Source: Scenedesmus sp. PABB004
Lineage: Eukaryota
Assembly: GCA_014905635.1 (NCBI GenBank)
Contig: JABVCE010000002.1
Location: 186,001-250,000 of the forward strand
Length of the DNA stretch: 64,000 nt
Reading direction: 5' to 3'
Of this stretch, positions 51,564 to 64,000 are shown in pieces (position 1 is the first letter of the stretch; every line of letters begins with the position of its first letter). Both the position numbers and the translations under genes were made by a program. The notes under the pieces were generated by a model. It was not told where the DNA came from and made no database searches. It worked only from the letters and a program-made list of their open reading frames with translations.

Positions 51564-52372
51564 ATGCGCCCGCCCCACGGGCGCGGCCGCGCCGGCGCTG
51601 GCGCGGCCGCGGCCCTGCTGGTGGTCCTGGTGCTGCTGCGCGCGGAGGCGTGTCCCATGGGCAGCGACCCGTGCGGCCAAGGTGCGTGGGGGGGATGATG
51701 GTTGGCTGCGTTCTCTCCTCGGCTCGTGCGCCGCGCAACGCGCGGCCCGGCGGGGCCCGTTGGGCGACAGACCGGTCTTGGAGTCGCGTCGTGGCGTCGG
51801 CGCGGCCGCGGGGCGCTCAGGGGGGCTGCGCCGCGCCGTTCACGCACGGCCGCCGCTGGCTCCTGCCGGCGCGCGCACCGCAGGCTGCACGCCGGCGCTG
51901 GGCGCCTGCAGCGAGGGGCGCTGCTACGACCGGCGGGGCGCGCTGGTGGAGTGCGAGCCCCCGTACGAGCTGTGCGCGGGCGTGGCGTGCGCCGTGGACG
52001 AGTTCTGCGCCGGCGCGGCGTGCGTCCCGGACAGCTGCAGCAACCGGCGAGCGGCGGCCTGCCCCGGCGACAGGAGCCCGCTGCGCTCGGTCACGTGCAC
52101 CGACGCGCGGCACCGGGAGTGCTTCCGCTCCGAACGCTTCAACTGCAGCTTGGCCCCCGGCGACGCGCCGCCCGAGATTGCGTGCGCAGACGAGGCGCGC
52201 CAAACCAGCGGCGCGGCGCGGCGCGGCGCCATGGTGAGCGGCGCTGCGCCGGCGCCGCCGCCGCCGCCGCCGGCGGCGCAGCGCGCTGACGCGCCGCCCG
52301 CGTCGCGCGCGCCGCCGCTCGCAGGTGCTGGGCGCGGCGCTCGCTGCGCTGGCCGGGGCGCTGCTCGCGTGA
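51564..52372 (+). CDS. Small secreted Cys-rich protein with putative GPI-anchor signal, 3 exons
   Basis: Hydrophobic signal LLVVLVLLRAEA, about 16 Cys, and C-terminal TSGAARRGAM|VLGAALAALAGALLA*. Confidence 0.65.
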
Positions 52373-53559
52373 GCGCGCGCGGTGCTGGGGCTGGGTTCAC
52401 CGACGGACATTGGTTGACGGACTCGGACTGACGCACAAGCGATCGCGGCGGCGCCGCGGGCCGTCCGAGGCCTCGCTCGGCGCCTCCAGAGCGGGCGCAC
52501 GGGCTGGTTCGACTGCTCTAGGCTGCCCAGGCAGGCACACACAGCGCTCAGACAGACAGGAAGGCGGAGGACAGGGAGGCGGAGGTTAGGCACGTGACCA
52601 AGCGTTATTTGAGGGCGCACCTGTGGCCGAGGGGGGCAGGCCGGGGCGGGAGTGCGGGGGGAGGGGGGGCGCGGGGCGGCAGCTTGGCCCCGCTCGTTCA
52701 TAACGCGCGGCTGATGTTATGTTGTTCACACAAGCACTGCAGCGAGCGCGGACGCGGTGTTTGCTGAGCACGCCGTGCCACTTGCACTGGCGGGCGCGTG
52801 CCCCCGCCCCGCGGCACGGGGGGCGCGCCACGCCGCACACATAGGTGAGCAGCTTGTTTGGGAGTGCGCCCGGCGCCTGGCGGCCGGCCTCACTTCAGCG
52901 TGCATAAGGCGTGCATCCCTTCAGCGCGAAGCAGCAGCAGCGCCGAACGCTTCACAGCTCGGATCTGTCTCGCGAGAAGAACGTCGGTACAAGCCCTCGC
53001 TTCGCAAGGGGGGTGTGCGGCAGAGCGCTTAGCAGCCGGCCGGCGCGCTGCCGCGGCGCGGCGCGGCGGGCTGCGGTGTGTGTGTGCCCTCCAACAGGAC
53101 GTGTGTTGGGCCTGTTTTGCGTGCGCGCGGGGGCGACGTGTGCGGGGTCAACGTGTGTACACATGTACACACGTGTGTGGGTGTGTCAGCCAGCCCAGGG
53201 CCGCTGCGGACGGGCCTTCCTTCACCAACCGCGCGCCCGGGACGCCGGCAGCGGCACGGCGCATGCCGCGCCTTCCTTCCTTCGTGTGTAAGCGACGCGT
53301 ACGTGGCCTCACGAGCGGCGCTGCGGTTACACGCCGCCCGCGCGCCGCGACCATGCGGCCGCCGCCTCTCCGCGCCGCGGCCGTCGGCTGACAATGCATC
53401 AGCGCGCGCGCGCGTGCCGCGAATCCCCGGCCCGTTCAGCGCGCCGGCCCGCGCATCCTGCTCGCAAGTGTCGGCCGGCTGTGATGCATGCACGGTTGTT
53501 CAACCCGCCGCTGCTGCTGCTGCTGCTGCTGCAGGCGCGGCCCCGTGGCGCGCGCGCGC

Positions 53560-55044
53560 TCAGGCGGTGGCGGCCGCGAAGCGCTTGGCCACAGCATCCC
53601 AGTCGATGAGGCTGTCCACGAAGGTCGTCATGTAGTCGGGCCTAGCGCCACGCGCGGCGGCGGGCGGCGGCGGCAGCGGCAGCGGCGGCGGCGCGTGAGC
53701 GAGGAGAGCGCGGGCGCAGCCACAAACGCACACGCACACGCGCACACACGCACCTCCTGTTCTGCACGTCCAGGTAGTACGCGTGCTCCCTGCCAGGGGC
53801 AGGGCGGGGCGGGGCCGGGGGCGTGGGCCGGCGCGGCCGGGGCCGGCGAGGGCGCCGGCTGGCGCCGGCTGGTGCGGCGGCGGCGCGCTGGCGGCCCGTG
53901 CAGCCACCGCTGCCGCGGCGCGCGCACCAGACGTCCATGGTGAGGATGGGCGTCTTGCCCTCCACCACGGGCGTGACCGCGTTGGGCGTCTTCTCGATGG
54001 TCAGCTTGCCCGCCTTGTCCGCGACCAGCCACGCCCAGCCGGAGCCAAACTGCGTGGCGCCTGCGCGCGCGCGGCGGCCGCGCGTCGGCGGCCGCGCGGC
54101 GGCGGGCGCACGGCGGCGGCCCGCGCATGCGCCGGCACGCGCCGCGGCGCACCGGCGGCCTTGAACTGGGTCTTGAACTCGTCGAGGCTGCCGAACGAGG
54201 CGGTGATCGCGTCGGCGAGCTTGCCCGTGGGCGCGCCGCCGCCGTTGGGCTTCATGCTCTCCCAGAAGAAGGTGTGGTTCCACACCTGCCGCGGGCGCGG
54301 ACAGCGGTGGGCGCGCGCGGGAGCGAGGGGCCGCGCGCTGCGGGCAGAGCAGCGCCTCGCGCCGCGCCGCGCCGGCGGCGGCAGCAGCAGCGTCGCTGCC
54401 GCTCGGCGCCGCTCGCCGCCGCTCGCGGCTCCCCCCCCCCCCCGCGCACCTGCGCGGCGTTGTTGAACACGGGCGTGGGGGTGCCCTTGTTCCAGGACGC
54501 CAGCACGATCTCCTCCAGGCTCTTGCCCTCCAGGTCGGTGCCCGCAATCTGCTTGTTCATGTTGTCCACATACGCGCGGTGGTGCTTGCCTGCGGCGCGC
54601 CGGCGGCGCGACGAGGCGGTGGGCGGGCGCCCGGGCCGCCAATTGGGGGCCGGCGTGGGCCGGCGCGGCGCGAGCCCGCGCGCCACGCCGGCCGCGAGCG
54701 CCCGGGCCGCAGAACGCGGCCCCGTCGCGGCGCCGCGGGCCGCCGCGCCCCGGCGACGCGCCAGGGCGACGGCCCCGGCCAGCACGCGGCCGTCGCGCCT
54801 GCAATGGGCGTGGTGCGGCGCCGCTGCGCGCCGCGCGGGGCCGGCGCGTCGCGATCGCGCGGCCGCGCGCCGCACCCCAGTGGAACTCGAGCGTCTGCTT
54901 GCTCATGTGCGGCTCCAGCGCGTCCAGCGCGTAGGGCGGGCTCTTCAGCTCCAGCGCGCGGCGCAGCACGAGGCCGCGCGCCCGCGCCGGGCCGCGCGCG
55001 GGCGCGGCGGCAGCGGCCTGCTTCGTGGACAGAGCGAACGCCAT
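53560..55044 (-). CDS. FSD1: Chloroplast iron superoxide dismutase, 6 exons
   Basis: [63 protein letters not shown]. Confidence 0.96.
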
Positions 55045-55404
55045 GGTGGTGCGACTGGGCACGCGTGATCGGGCGGGGCGGCGCGGGAGTGTGGGTGGGG
55101 ACTCGCGCTGCGCTGCTGCTGCTCTGGAGCGCCCCCGAACCGCCGCCCCGGCAGCCGCTCGCCGTCGCCCGTCTCTCCTCACCTCCCGCTCGCACAGCCA
55201 CACGCCAGCCCCGCTCCTCCGCGCGTCGCGAGCTGCACTGCTGCGCCCAAGAAGGGCGGCCACCGCGCTCCGCGCCGGCCGCTCTCGCGCCCAGCCCCGC
55301 GGCAGCCCCGAACGGAGGCCGCCAGCCCCGCGACATCCAGGCGGGAGCTGCAGCCCCGCGGCGGCGCGGCGGCGAGCGCTGCTCTCGCAGCCCCGCGCCG
55401 CGCG

Positions 55405-55665
55405 ATGGTGTGCCCCATGCGCTTCGTGCTCGTGGGCGTCAGTGTGGCGCTGGCGTGGATGGCGGCCTGGCGCTGCGCGGCGGGCAGCGGCGCGCGCGCG
55501 AGCGAGGCCGGCGGCGCGCGCGGCAGCGGCGGCGGCGCGCCGCAGCGCCGCACGAGCTGGGCCGAGGCGGGCAGCACGCTGCTGGACATGTTCACGGGGC
55601 GCTACCTCATCAACCACCTCCGCGGCGGCGGCGGCGCGCCCGACGCAAAGGCAAAGGCCGAGTGA
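55405..55665 (+). CDS. Small single-TM protein of the green-lineage MCPxRF..DMxxGRYL family
   Basis: [28 protein letters not shown] resembles, from recall, plant small proteins annotated 'methyltransferase-related'. Confidence 0.7.
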   Translation: MVCPMRFVLVGVSVALAWMAAWRCAAGSGARASEAGGARGSGGGAPQRRTSWAEAGSTLLDMFTGRYLINHLRGGGGAPDAKAKAE

Positions 55666-56152
55666 GGCCGCCGCGGCCGCCGGCCGGCCGGCGCGGCCTG
55701 TAGACTAACCAGACCAGCAGCAGGAGCGCCCTGTACATGTGTGCGTGTGCGTGCGATGATGTGCACAGGATTTTGCCGCCGCGCCTGCATGCACGCCTCG
55801 CCCCACCTCTCCTCGCCTCGCTCGCGCCGAGCGACTGCGCAGTCGCACGACGCCCCCGCGCCGCTGGGCAGCTGAAACAGCGCTGCCGGCGGCGGGGCCC
55901 GGCCGCCCCCCCCCCTGACCGGCGGCCGCCCGCCACTGCGGGCTGTAACCTTCCTTGAGCAGAGGGGTTCGCGACCGGCGCGCGGCGGCCGGCAGCAGCT
56001 GCACCGCACCGCGCCGCCGGCGACGGCGGGCGCCCGTGCGCGCGCGGGCCCGTGGTTCGCGGAGCCCCGCTGATGGGTGGGGGGTTGTGCCTGGTCGCGC
56101 GGCGGAGCACCGGGGGGGGGGGGGGGGTCCTCCGCGCGCGCCGCCGCGGCGC

Positions 56153-56853
56153 TCAGTCGCTGTGCAGCCAGAGGTGGTCCTCCAGGCGCTGCGGCTCGCG
56201 GCCGACGACCTCGTCGACCTGCTTGCCGCCGCGGAAGATCGCAAACGTCGGCGTGTACTTCACGCCCGCCACCGCGCCGCGCATCGACTCGACCTGCGCG
56301 ACCGCGTAGCGGTGCTGCGGGTACTGCGGCGCACGCCGCGCGCGCGTGCCGGCGGGCGGGCGGGGGACGCTCAGAGACACACGCGGCTGCGGCGCCGCGC
56401 CCGCCACGGCACGCCGCCCGGCGCCGCCGCACGCGCGCGCGCGCGCGCGCGCCGCTGCCGCCGTGCCTTTTTGGTGAGCGCGAAGAACTGGGGGAACATC
56501 TCGTGGCACTTGTGGCACCACGCCGTGCCAAACTCCACGACCGCCGTGCCGGGCTTGCTCGACGCGAGGAACGCGGCGAGCGCGGCGTCGCTGCGCACGC
56601 CCCGCATCGCGGGCGGCCCGACGGGCGGCGCCGGCTTGGGGCTGGGCTGCGGGCGGCGGCGGCGGCGCGGCGGCGGCGCGGGCGGGCGCGTCGGGCCGGG
56701 CGCTTGCGCGGCCGGCGGCAGCGGCGCGCAGCAGCGCGCGCCTGCTCTCGCGCCGCTGCCGCCGGCGACGGCGCGCACCTTGCCCGCGTCGTCCTCCAGC
56801 AGAACCGTGCGGCTGGGAGGGTCGAAGCTCTGCGACAGCCAGCCCACCTCCAT
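56153..56853 (-). CDS. Atypical thioredoxin-like protein (WCHKC), 3 exons
   Basis: VVEFGTAWCHKC..|..VKYTPTFAIFRGGKQVDEVVG..QRLEDHLWLHSD*. The start is inferred. Confidence 0.85.
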
Positions 56854-57143
56854 CGCGACGCGGTCGGCTTGGGCGGCGTGATGCCGCTGCTGCCGCGCCG
56901 GCGCTGCCGCTGCTGCTGCGTGCTTCCGGCGCAACAGCAGCAGCTGCGGGGGCAAGACGTTGTTGTCGTGCGTGGAAGGGCGACCGCCGCCGCCGCCCCC
57001 GCCAACCGCGCAGGCGTCGCCGAACCCCGCCCCGACAGCTGATTGCGCTGCTCCCTCAGGGCCGCCCGGCGCGCCACCCTGCGCCCCACGCGCACCGTCC
57101 CACGCTGCCGCGCCCCTCGCCGACGCACAGCGGCGGGGCCGTG

Positions 57144-58666
57144 ATGGACGGCGGCGCGGGTGCGCTGCGGCCGCGGCGGCGCGGCGCGGCGCGGCCCCTG
57201 GGCGGCCTCGTCCACCGCCTCGGCTCGCGCAGGCCTGTTCGCGCCCGGCAACCGCGCCGCGCTGGAGGCGAGCTTCAAGGCGTTTGCGGCTCGCCCGGAG
57301 CACCGCCCGCTGCTCGAGGCGCACCAGCGCGACGAGGTCGCGGCGGCGCTGGCGCTGCAGGAGGCCAGCCAGATCCGGGCACTCGAGGCGGAGGCGCGTC
57401 GCCGGCGCCGCGCGCGCTGCCGCCGTCAGCCCAACAGCCAGCCCGAGCGCGCGCGGGGCGCCCCACCGCGCCGCGCAGGTGGCGGCGCTCGACGCGGCCG
57501 ACCGCAGGGCGCTGGCGCCGGTGCTGGGCTCGCCGGTGCTGCGCCAGCTGCTCGTCGGCCTCGCCAGCGACGGCGCGCCGAGCGGCGGCGGCGCGGCCGC
57601 AGCGCCGGGCGGCGGAGGGCTCCAGGGCTGGCTGGCCAACCCGCGCGTGCTGCAGCTGCTGCGCGCCGCGAGCAAGGCGCTGCGGCGGGGCGCCATCAGC
57701 GAGCAGCAGCTGTGCGGCGTGCTGCGTGCGGAGCGCGCGCGGGACGAGCAGGCGCGCGCCGGCGAGCCGGCCGCGGCGCCGCACCAGGCCACGCTGCCGA
57801 GCCACCTGCTGGTGGAGGCGCTCAACGAGCACGTGAGCGCGCTGCTGTCGGCTGTCGGGGCCGGGGCCCTGGCCGGCGGTGCCGCGGCCGCGGCGGCCGC
57901 ACCGCCATGCGCGCGCGCCGCGCCGCACTGTCGCGCCGCACCGCCGCGCACCGCAGCTGGCGGAGCGGCATGCGGGCAACGCTGCGTTCCGGCGGGCTGA
58001 CCTGGGCGCTGCGTTGCACCACTACAGCCGCGCCCTCGCGATCGTGAGCTTTGTGGTCGGGGCCAGCGCGGACGACCAGGCGGAGGTGGAGGCCAACCGC
58101 GCGGCGGTGCAGCTGAACATCGCGGCGGTGCACCTTGCGCAGCAGGTCGGCTGGGCCGCTTGACCGGGCACGCCGCCGCGGCGTGCGCATGCGGCCGCGC
58201 GGCTGCGGCGGCGGCCCGCGCAATGCTCCCGCGCGCTCCCGGCCCGGGCCCGCGCGCAGGACTTTGGCGCCGCCGTGGCCGCGTGTGACGAGGTGCTCGC
58301 TGGTGCGGCGGTGCGCGGAGAGGCGGGCGGCGAGGTGGCGGTCAAGGCGTGGCTGCGCCGCAGCAAGGCCAACGCCGGCCGGCACGAGTACGGGGTGCGC
58401 GGCCAGGGCGCGCGCGCCGCTGCCGGCGGGCTGGCGGGCGGCCGTGCGGCTGCCGCTTCAGCTTAACGAGGCGGGGGCGATCGCTGGAGCCGCCCGAGCG
58501 CCGCGCGCAGGCCGCCCTGGCCGACCTGGAGCGCGCGGCGGCGGCAGACCCCTGGAACGACGACATCCCGCGCCTGCGCGCCGGCGTGCTGCGTGCGCAG
58601 CGCGCCGCCGCGGCCACGACCGATAGCGCGCTCGCCGCCAGGATGCTCGCCGCGCTGACGCCGTGA
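57144..58666 (+). CDS. TPR-domain protein (FKBP/co-chaperone-type TPR at C-terminus)
   Basis: GNAAFRRADLGAALHHYSRAL, QLNIAAVHL, KAWLRRSKA, ALADLERAAAADPWN. Confidence 0.8.
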
Positions 58667-58763
58667 TGGGTGGGCCCGGGGCCCGCGCGCGGGGGGATGC
58701 GGCCGGCGCGCGCAGCGGTCGCCGCCGCCAGTTGTTGTGTTGAGGTTACCGCCGCCGTCGCGC

Positions 58764-59896
58764 TCAGTCCGCGTCGGCCTGGCACGCCGCGAGGTGCAGC
58801 CCCGAAAAGAGCTGCTCGTACCACACCTCCACCGCGACCGCCCGAAAGTGCTCGCCCCGCGGCGCGTTGACCGTCTCGGAGCACTTGAGCGCCAGCGGGT
58901 ACACCGTCTCCTGCCCGCTCGCGTCCAGCACCACCGGCGCCGCGCTGCGCCTGCGCCCGCGGCGGCGGCGGCGGCGGCGGCGGCGGCAGCGTGTGCACGC
59001 GCGGCGTGCGCACGCGCGCGAGCGGCCGCGGGCGCGCGCGTGGGGCCGCGGCCGCTCGCGTGGCGCGGCGCCCACTCTGAGCTGCAGTGCAGCCGCAAGC
59101 CGCCCACGCGCGCTGTGTGGTCCTTCTCCGCCGAGTTTGCCCGCCGCCACTCGATGGCCGCCACGCCCTGGCCACGGGGGCAGTCCACTGCGGCGGCGCC
59201 GGCGCGCGCGGCGCGCAGTCGGCGCAGCGCCCGCGCGGCCAGCGGCCGCTGGCCGCGCAGCCGCCGCCGCGGCCGCCGCCGCCGCGCCTGGCTTGCTCGA
59301 CGTCGTGCCGGGGTCGGGGTTGCCAAAGACGCGCGTGTCTGGCCCGGTGCCCTCAAACTCGACGTCGAGCCTGCCGCTGCTGCACTTGACGCGCAACGCC
59401 TGCACCGAGAGCTCCGCGAAGCCCACGGCGCGGCCGAGGTGCACGTCAAAGCCGGTGACAAAGCCGCCGTCGCAGCGCACGAGGCGCCGCGCGCCCTCGT
59501 GGAAGCCCATCGCCTGCGTCGGCACGCCCTGCGGCGGCGCAGCGCCGCCTGCGGCGCGGCGGCGGCGGCGGCGACGGGCGCGCGGACGGGGGTCGGCCCA
59601 GATGGCCGGTGCAGCCCAGAGCGCTGCTGTGACCCGACCCTGAGCAGCGGCGCCGCGAGCGCGGCGCTGGCAAGAGCGGGGCGGGGCGCTCTTGCTGCCG
59701 CTGCTGCTATGCAACCGCCGCCGCGCGCGGCACTGCGCGCGGCCGGCGCGCGCTGTGCGGGCGCTGAGAGACTGCCGCCACAACGCGAGGGCGCACCCGC
59801 CACGCCCGCCAGCGCCGCGCCCAGCCAGAGCAGCAGCAGCGCCCGCGGCGGCGACCGCTGCGGCGCCCGCGCTGCCGCCGTCCGCGGCGGCGCCAT
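58764..59896 (-). CDS. Secreted beta-rich protein, possibly beta-prism (VOMI/jacalin-like)
   Basis: Signal peptide and internal repeats CDGGFVTGFDV..VQALRVKCS and CPRGQGVAAI..VGGLRLHCS. Confidence 0.55.
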
Positions 59897-60151
59897 GTGG
59901 CCGAACGTGCGTGCGCGGGTGCGTGCTCAAGGGCTGTGCGGTGACGGGCGCTACGACGCTGCAGGCGCCCAGGCTCGCCGCGCGACCGCCTAGACCTCGA
60001 CCCTGCGCACGACTTCACAAACGCGCTGCGCCGTCCGTCTCCACTCCTACACCCGCGGTCGCGCCAGCCACCGTCCTAGGCTCACCTCACGGTGGCGCCA
60101 GCGCTCCGACAGCGACGCGCGGCCGCGGTCACCGTGGTCAACCGCGCAGCC

Positions 60152-61348
60152 ATGGCGCCGCTGCCGGCCGGGGCCCCCACCAGCGCGGCGCACAAGGTGC
60201 TGGCCCTGGCGGGCGTGCCGCCGGCGGCGCGGGGGCAGGGCGACGTGTGGTTCATGCGCGACCGGCTGCACGAGCGCTGCCCCTTCTTCAGGCTCTGGCC
60301 GGCGCAGCTGCAGGGCCTGCTCTGCCGCCTCGCGGCGCCCCGCGTGGCCGTGCGCAACGAGATTCTCGCCAGCCAGGGCGCGCGGCCGCGCGAGCTCGTG
60401 CTCATCCTGGACGGCGAGGTGTGGGCCGCGCGCCCCCAGCAGCCTCCCCCGCCTGCCATCGGGCTCCGCCTGCCGTCGGGCAGGGCCGAGCTCCGGCCGG
60501 CCGCGCGCACCGCAGGCGGCCGTCGCGGTGCGCGCCACGCCCGGCCGCAGCGCGCTGCGCGACGTCGCGACGCTCGGCGCGGGCGACAGCTTCGGCGAGG
60601 CTTCGCTCCTGGTGGGCGCGCGCGGCCCTGAGCAGCCTCTCGCCGGCGGGCACCGCGCGCGGCGCGCGCGCGGCGCGCGTGTGCAGCGCGCACGCCGCGC
60701 CGACGGGCGCCCGCCCCCGCGCCCCAGGGCGCGGCGCGGCACCCTGCGTTCGTCGTGGTGCGCTCGCCGCAGCTGCTCGCGCTCGCGGTCGACGCCGGCG
60801 AGCTGGCCGCCGCGATGCAGCAGCTGCTGGCCGCGCCTGCAGAGCCCGGGGCGCCCGGCCCGCAGCAGTCGGAGCAGGGGCGGCAGGCGTCGCCCGCGAG
60901 CGACGGCGGCGCGCTGCTGCTCGGCGAGCCCCGGGGGCGGCCGCCAGCGCCGGTGGCGGCTGCGCCGGTGGCGGCGCATGTGTGGCAGCTCAAGCGCCGG
61001 CAGCTGCGGGTCGCCGCGGCGGCCGGGGCGGGCACCGTGCCGCGCTCGCGCGGCGGCAGCGCGAGTCGCCGGGCGCCCCAGCGGGCCGCAGCCGGCAGCG
61101 AGCCCGCTGTGAAGACCCCCGACGGCGCGAGCGGCGGCGCGAGCAGGGACGGCGACCGTGCCGCGCCCCCGCCGCCGGCTGCGGCCGCGGCGCCGGGCGC
61201 CGGCGGCGAAGAGGCGCCCGGCGGCGGCTGCAGCGGCGGTGCGGCGGTGCTTGCGGTGCCGTTGCGGCGCGGCACCCGGCCATCCTCGGCGCCGCGGCGC
61301 GCCGCGCGGCGGGCGGCGGCGGTGCGCCGCCGCGGTGAGCCCTGCTAA
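60152..61348 (+). CDS. Cyclic-nucleotide-binding domain protein (3' end uncertain)
   Basis: PFFRLW..EILASQG..LVLILDGE|..VATLGAGDSFGEASLL. Confidence 0.7.
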
Positions 61349-61518
61349 CGCGCCGCCCGCGGTGACCACCGGCGCCGCGGCAGGGCGCCGATCACTCCCC
61401 GAGACGCGCCCCACGCGCATCCAGCCTTGACAACGCACAGCTACCCCCCACCGCGCCCGTGGTCCTCGGCAACAGCAGCAGGCTCGCTCCGGCACCCGCT
61501 TTCCGCCCGCACAGGGCG

Positions 61519-64000
61519 ATGTCGCTGCTCTGCGCGCTGCCCCTGGCCGCCGCCGGCGGCGGCCTGGGCGCGTACGCCGGGGCGCTGTGTCCCGCGCTCT
61601 CCGCGCTCAGCGCGAGCCTGTCGCCGCGCCTGCGCGCGCCCGCCCGGCCCCGCCTGGGCCTGCGGCACGCCAGCAGCGCGTCGGAACGGCCCACGGCGAT
61701 CAGGTGCGTCGCTGGGGCGCCGCGCCGGGGCGCCAGGGCCGCGCTGCGCGAGGGGGCGAGGCGACGACGTGCGGCATCGGCGCCGCCCGGGCGCGCCGCG
61801 GCGCGCTTGCGGCCTGGCGGTCGGCTGGCCGCGCCCGCGAGCTCCCGGGCCGCCTCACGAGCAGCGCCCGCGCCGCCCCGCCCCCGCAGCTCCAGCAGCG
61901 CGCGGACCCGCTCTGCGCTGAGCGCGGCGCTGCCCGCGGCCAGGTGCGTGGCGGGGCGACGCTCGTGTCGTACGGCGGCAGCCGCGGCGGGGCGGGCCCG
62001 CGCGGCCGGGGTGCGCGGGGGAGGCGGCGCCGAGCGCGCGCAGGGGCGTCCCGGGCGGGCCGGGCGCCGCCGCGGCCCACGCCCTGCCGCGACCGCCTGG
62101 CGCCGCCGCCCCGCAGCCGCTCCTTCGCCGCCAGCGCCGCGGAGCCGGCGTTTGCGATCCCCGACACCCGGCCGCCGCTCGCGCGCGACACGGGCATCAA
62201 CGTCGCCAAGTTTGTCTCCGAGCACTACACGCCCTACGCCGGCGACTCCAGCTTCCTGGCGGGCCCCAGCGACCGCACGCGCGCGCTGTGGGCGACGCTG
62301 GAGAAGCTGTGCTGCGAGGAGCTCGAGCAGGGCATCAGCGGCGTCGACCCGGCCGTGCCGTCCACGATCACCGCGTTCCCGCCGGGCTACATCGACCGCG
62401 AGAAGGAGGTCATCGTGGGCCTGCAGACCGACGCGCCGCTCAAGCGCGCGATCAAGCCGCTCGGCGGCATCAACATGGTCAAGGCCGCGCTGCAGGCGCG
62501 GCGGCGGCGCGGCGCGGCGGCGGCGGCGCGGCGCCGGCAGCGGCGCGGCGCCGGCAGCGGTCAGCAGCGCGCGGCGGCGCGGGCGCGGCGACGGGGCGGG
62601 CGCGGCGGCGGCGGCGCGTTTGCTTGCGCGCGTGCGCGGGCGCCGACGCCGCCGGCCCTTGCGCGCAGGCGTACGGCTACGAGCTGCCCAAGGACATTGA
62701 GTACGTCTATAACAAGGTCCGCAAGACCCACAACAGCGGCGTGTTTGACGCGTACACCGACGAGATGAAGCGCGCGCGCAAGAGCGGCATCCTCACAGGT
62801 GCGCGGGGCGTGGGGGCGCGGGGCGCAAGGGCGCGCGGCGCGCCGCGCAGCGGCGGGCAGCAGCGGCGGCACGGCGCGCCGCGCGGCGCGAGCCCGCCGC
62901 CCGCGCGCGCGCCCGCCCGCTGCGCAGGCCTGCCCGACGGCTACGGGCGGGGGCGCATCATCGGCGACTACCGGCGCGTCGCGCTGTACGGCGTGGACAA
63001 GCTGATCGAGGCGAAGAAGGCAGACCTCAAGGCGCGCCGCCCGCGCCGCGCGGCCGCGCCGCGGCGGCGGCCGGGGCCGGCGGCGCCCCGCGCCGCGGCT
63101 CTCACCGCCCCACGCCGCCGCGCCTCTGACCGTCGCGCGCCGCCCGCGCCTCTGTCCGCGCCGCGTCCGCCGCGTCCGCCGCGCCGCCAGTTCAACCTGC
63201 TGGGCGTGATGGACGACGAGAAGATCCGGCTGCGCGAGGAGGTGCAGGAGCAGATCCGCGCGCTGCAGGAGCTCAAGGAGATGGCCGCGAGCTACGGCGA
63301 CGACGTCGGCCGCCCCGCCGCCAACAGCCGCGAGGCCGTGCAGGTGCGCGGCGCCGCGCCCCCGCGCGCCGCGCGCGTCCCCCTCCTCACGCCTGACTCA
63401 TCCTGCCCGCCCGCCCGCCCCGCCGGCCCGCCGGCACCGGCAGTGGGTCTACTACGCCTACCTGGCGGCGGTGAAGGAGCAGGACGGCGCGGCGATGAGC
63501 ATGGGCCGCATCGACGCCTTCCTGGACACCTACTTTGAGGCCGACCTCGCGGCCGGGCGCATCACCGAGCCCGAGGTGCAGGAGCTGGTCGACCAGTTTG
63601 TCATGAAGATGCGCATCGTGCGGTGAGGGAGACGCCGCCGCGCCGCGCCGCGCGCACCGCGCCGCACCCACCGCGCCGCTGCCGCGGCCGCCAGGGGCGC
63701 GCCAGGGCGCCGCGCCGTCGCCCACGCCGCCCGCCCACGCCGCCCGCCCACGCCGCCGCGCGCGGCCCCGCAGGCAGCTGCGCACACCCGAGTACAACGA
63801 GCTCTTTGCCGGCGACCCCACCTGGGTGACCTGCGTGCTGGGCGGCACCGACGAGCTCGGCCGCTCCATGGTGACCAAGACGGCGTACCGCATGCTCAAC
63901 ACCCTGGTGCGACGCAGCGCCGCGCCGCGCCGTCCGCGCCCCCGCCGCTCGCTCACGCTGCGGGCGGGACGCACGCGCGTGCGCGCGGCCTCACACCGCC
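61519..64000 (+). CDS. PFL1: Pyruvate formate-lyase, 5' part (runs off the window)
   Basis: [93 protein letters not shown]. Confidence 0.96.

Overview
Eukaryotic nuclear DNA: extremely GC-rich (roughly 80% by eye), gene-dense and intron-rich. It is most consistent with a chlorophyte green alga; a Sphaeropleales/Scenedesmus-like origin is inferred from composition, TGTAA poly(A) signals and gene content. Nearly all long ORFs in the supplied track are GC artefacts, and the real genes are spliced. About 24 protein-coding genes were reconstructed by hand, including UBC13, CCT7, an ataxin-2/CID homologue, RPC17, a BBE-like oxidase, a RAP-domain protein, sterol C14 reductase, METE, IFT122, a VHL-domain protein, RIX1/PELP1-like, LRRC40-like, NTRC, FeSOD, a WCHKC thioredoxin and the 5' part of PFL1. 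The most striking signal is at the B12-independent methionine synthase (METE) locus. Two separate introns carry the same ~500-bp module, centred on an identical 71-nt sense-strand tRNA-like cloverleaf with an aberrant 6-nt anticodon loop. The 3' UTR carries three regularly spaced GGAC-loop hairpins, and intron 1 has two related hairpins. Together these form a candidate RNA-structure-based regulatory system on METE. GC-AG introns are also unusually frequent. Several 1-2 nt frameshifts in conserved genes look like assembly errors. Gene boundaries are hand-derived.
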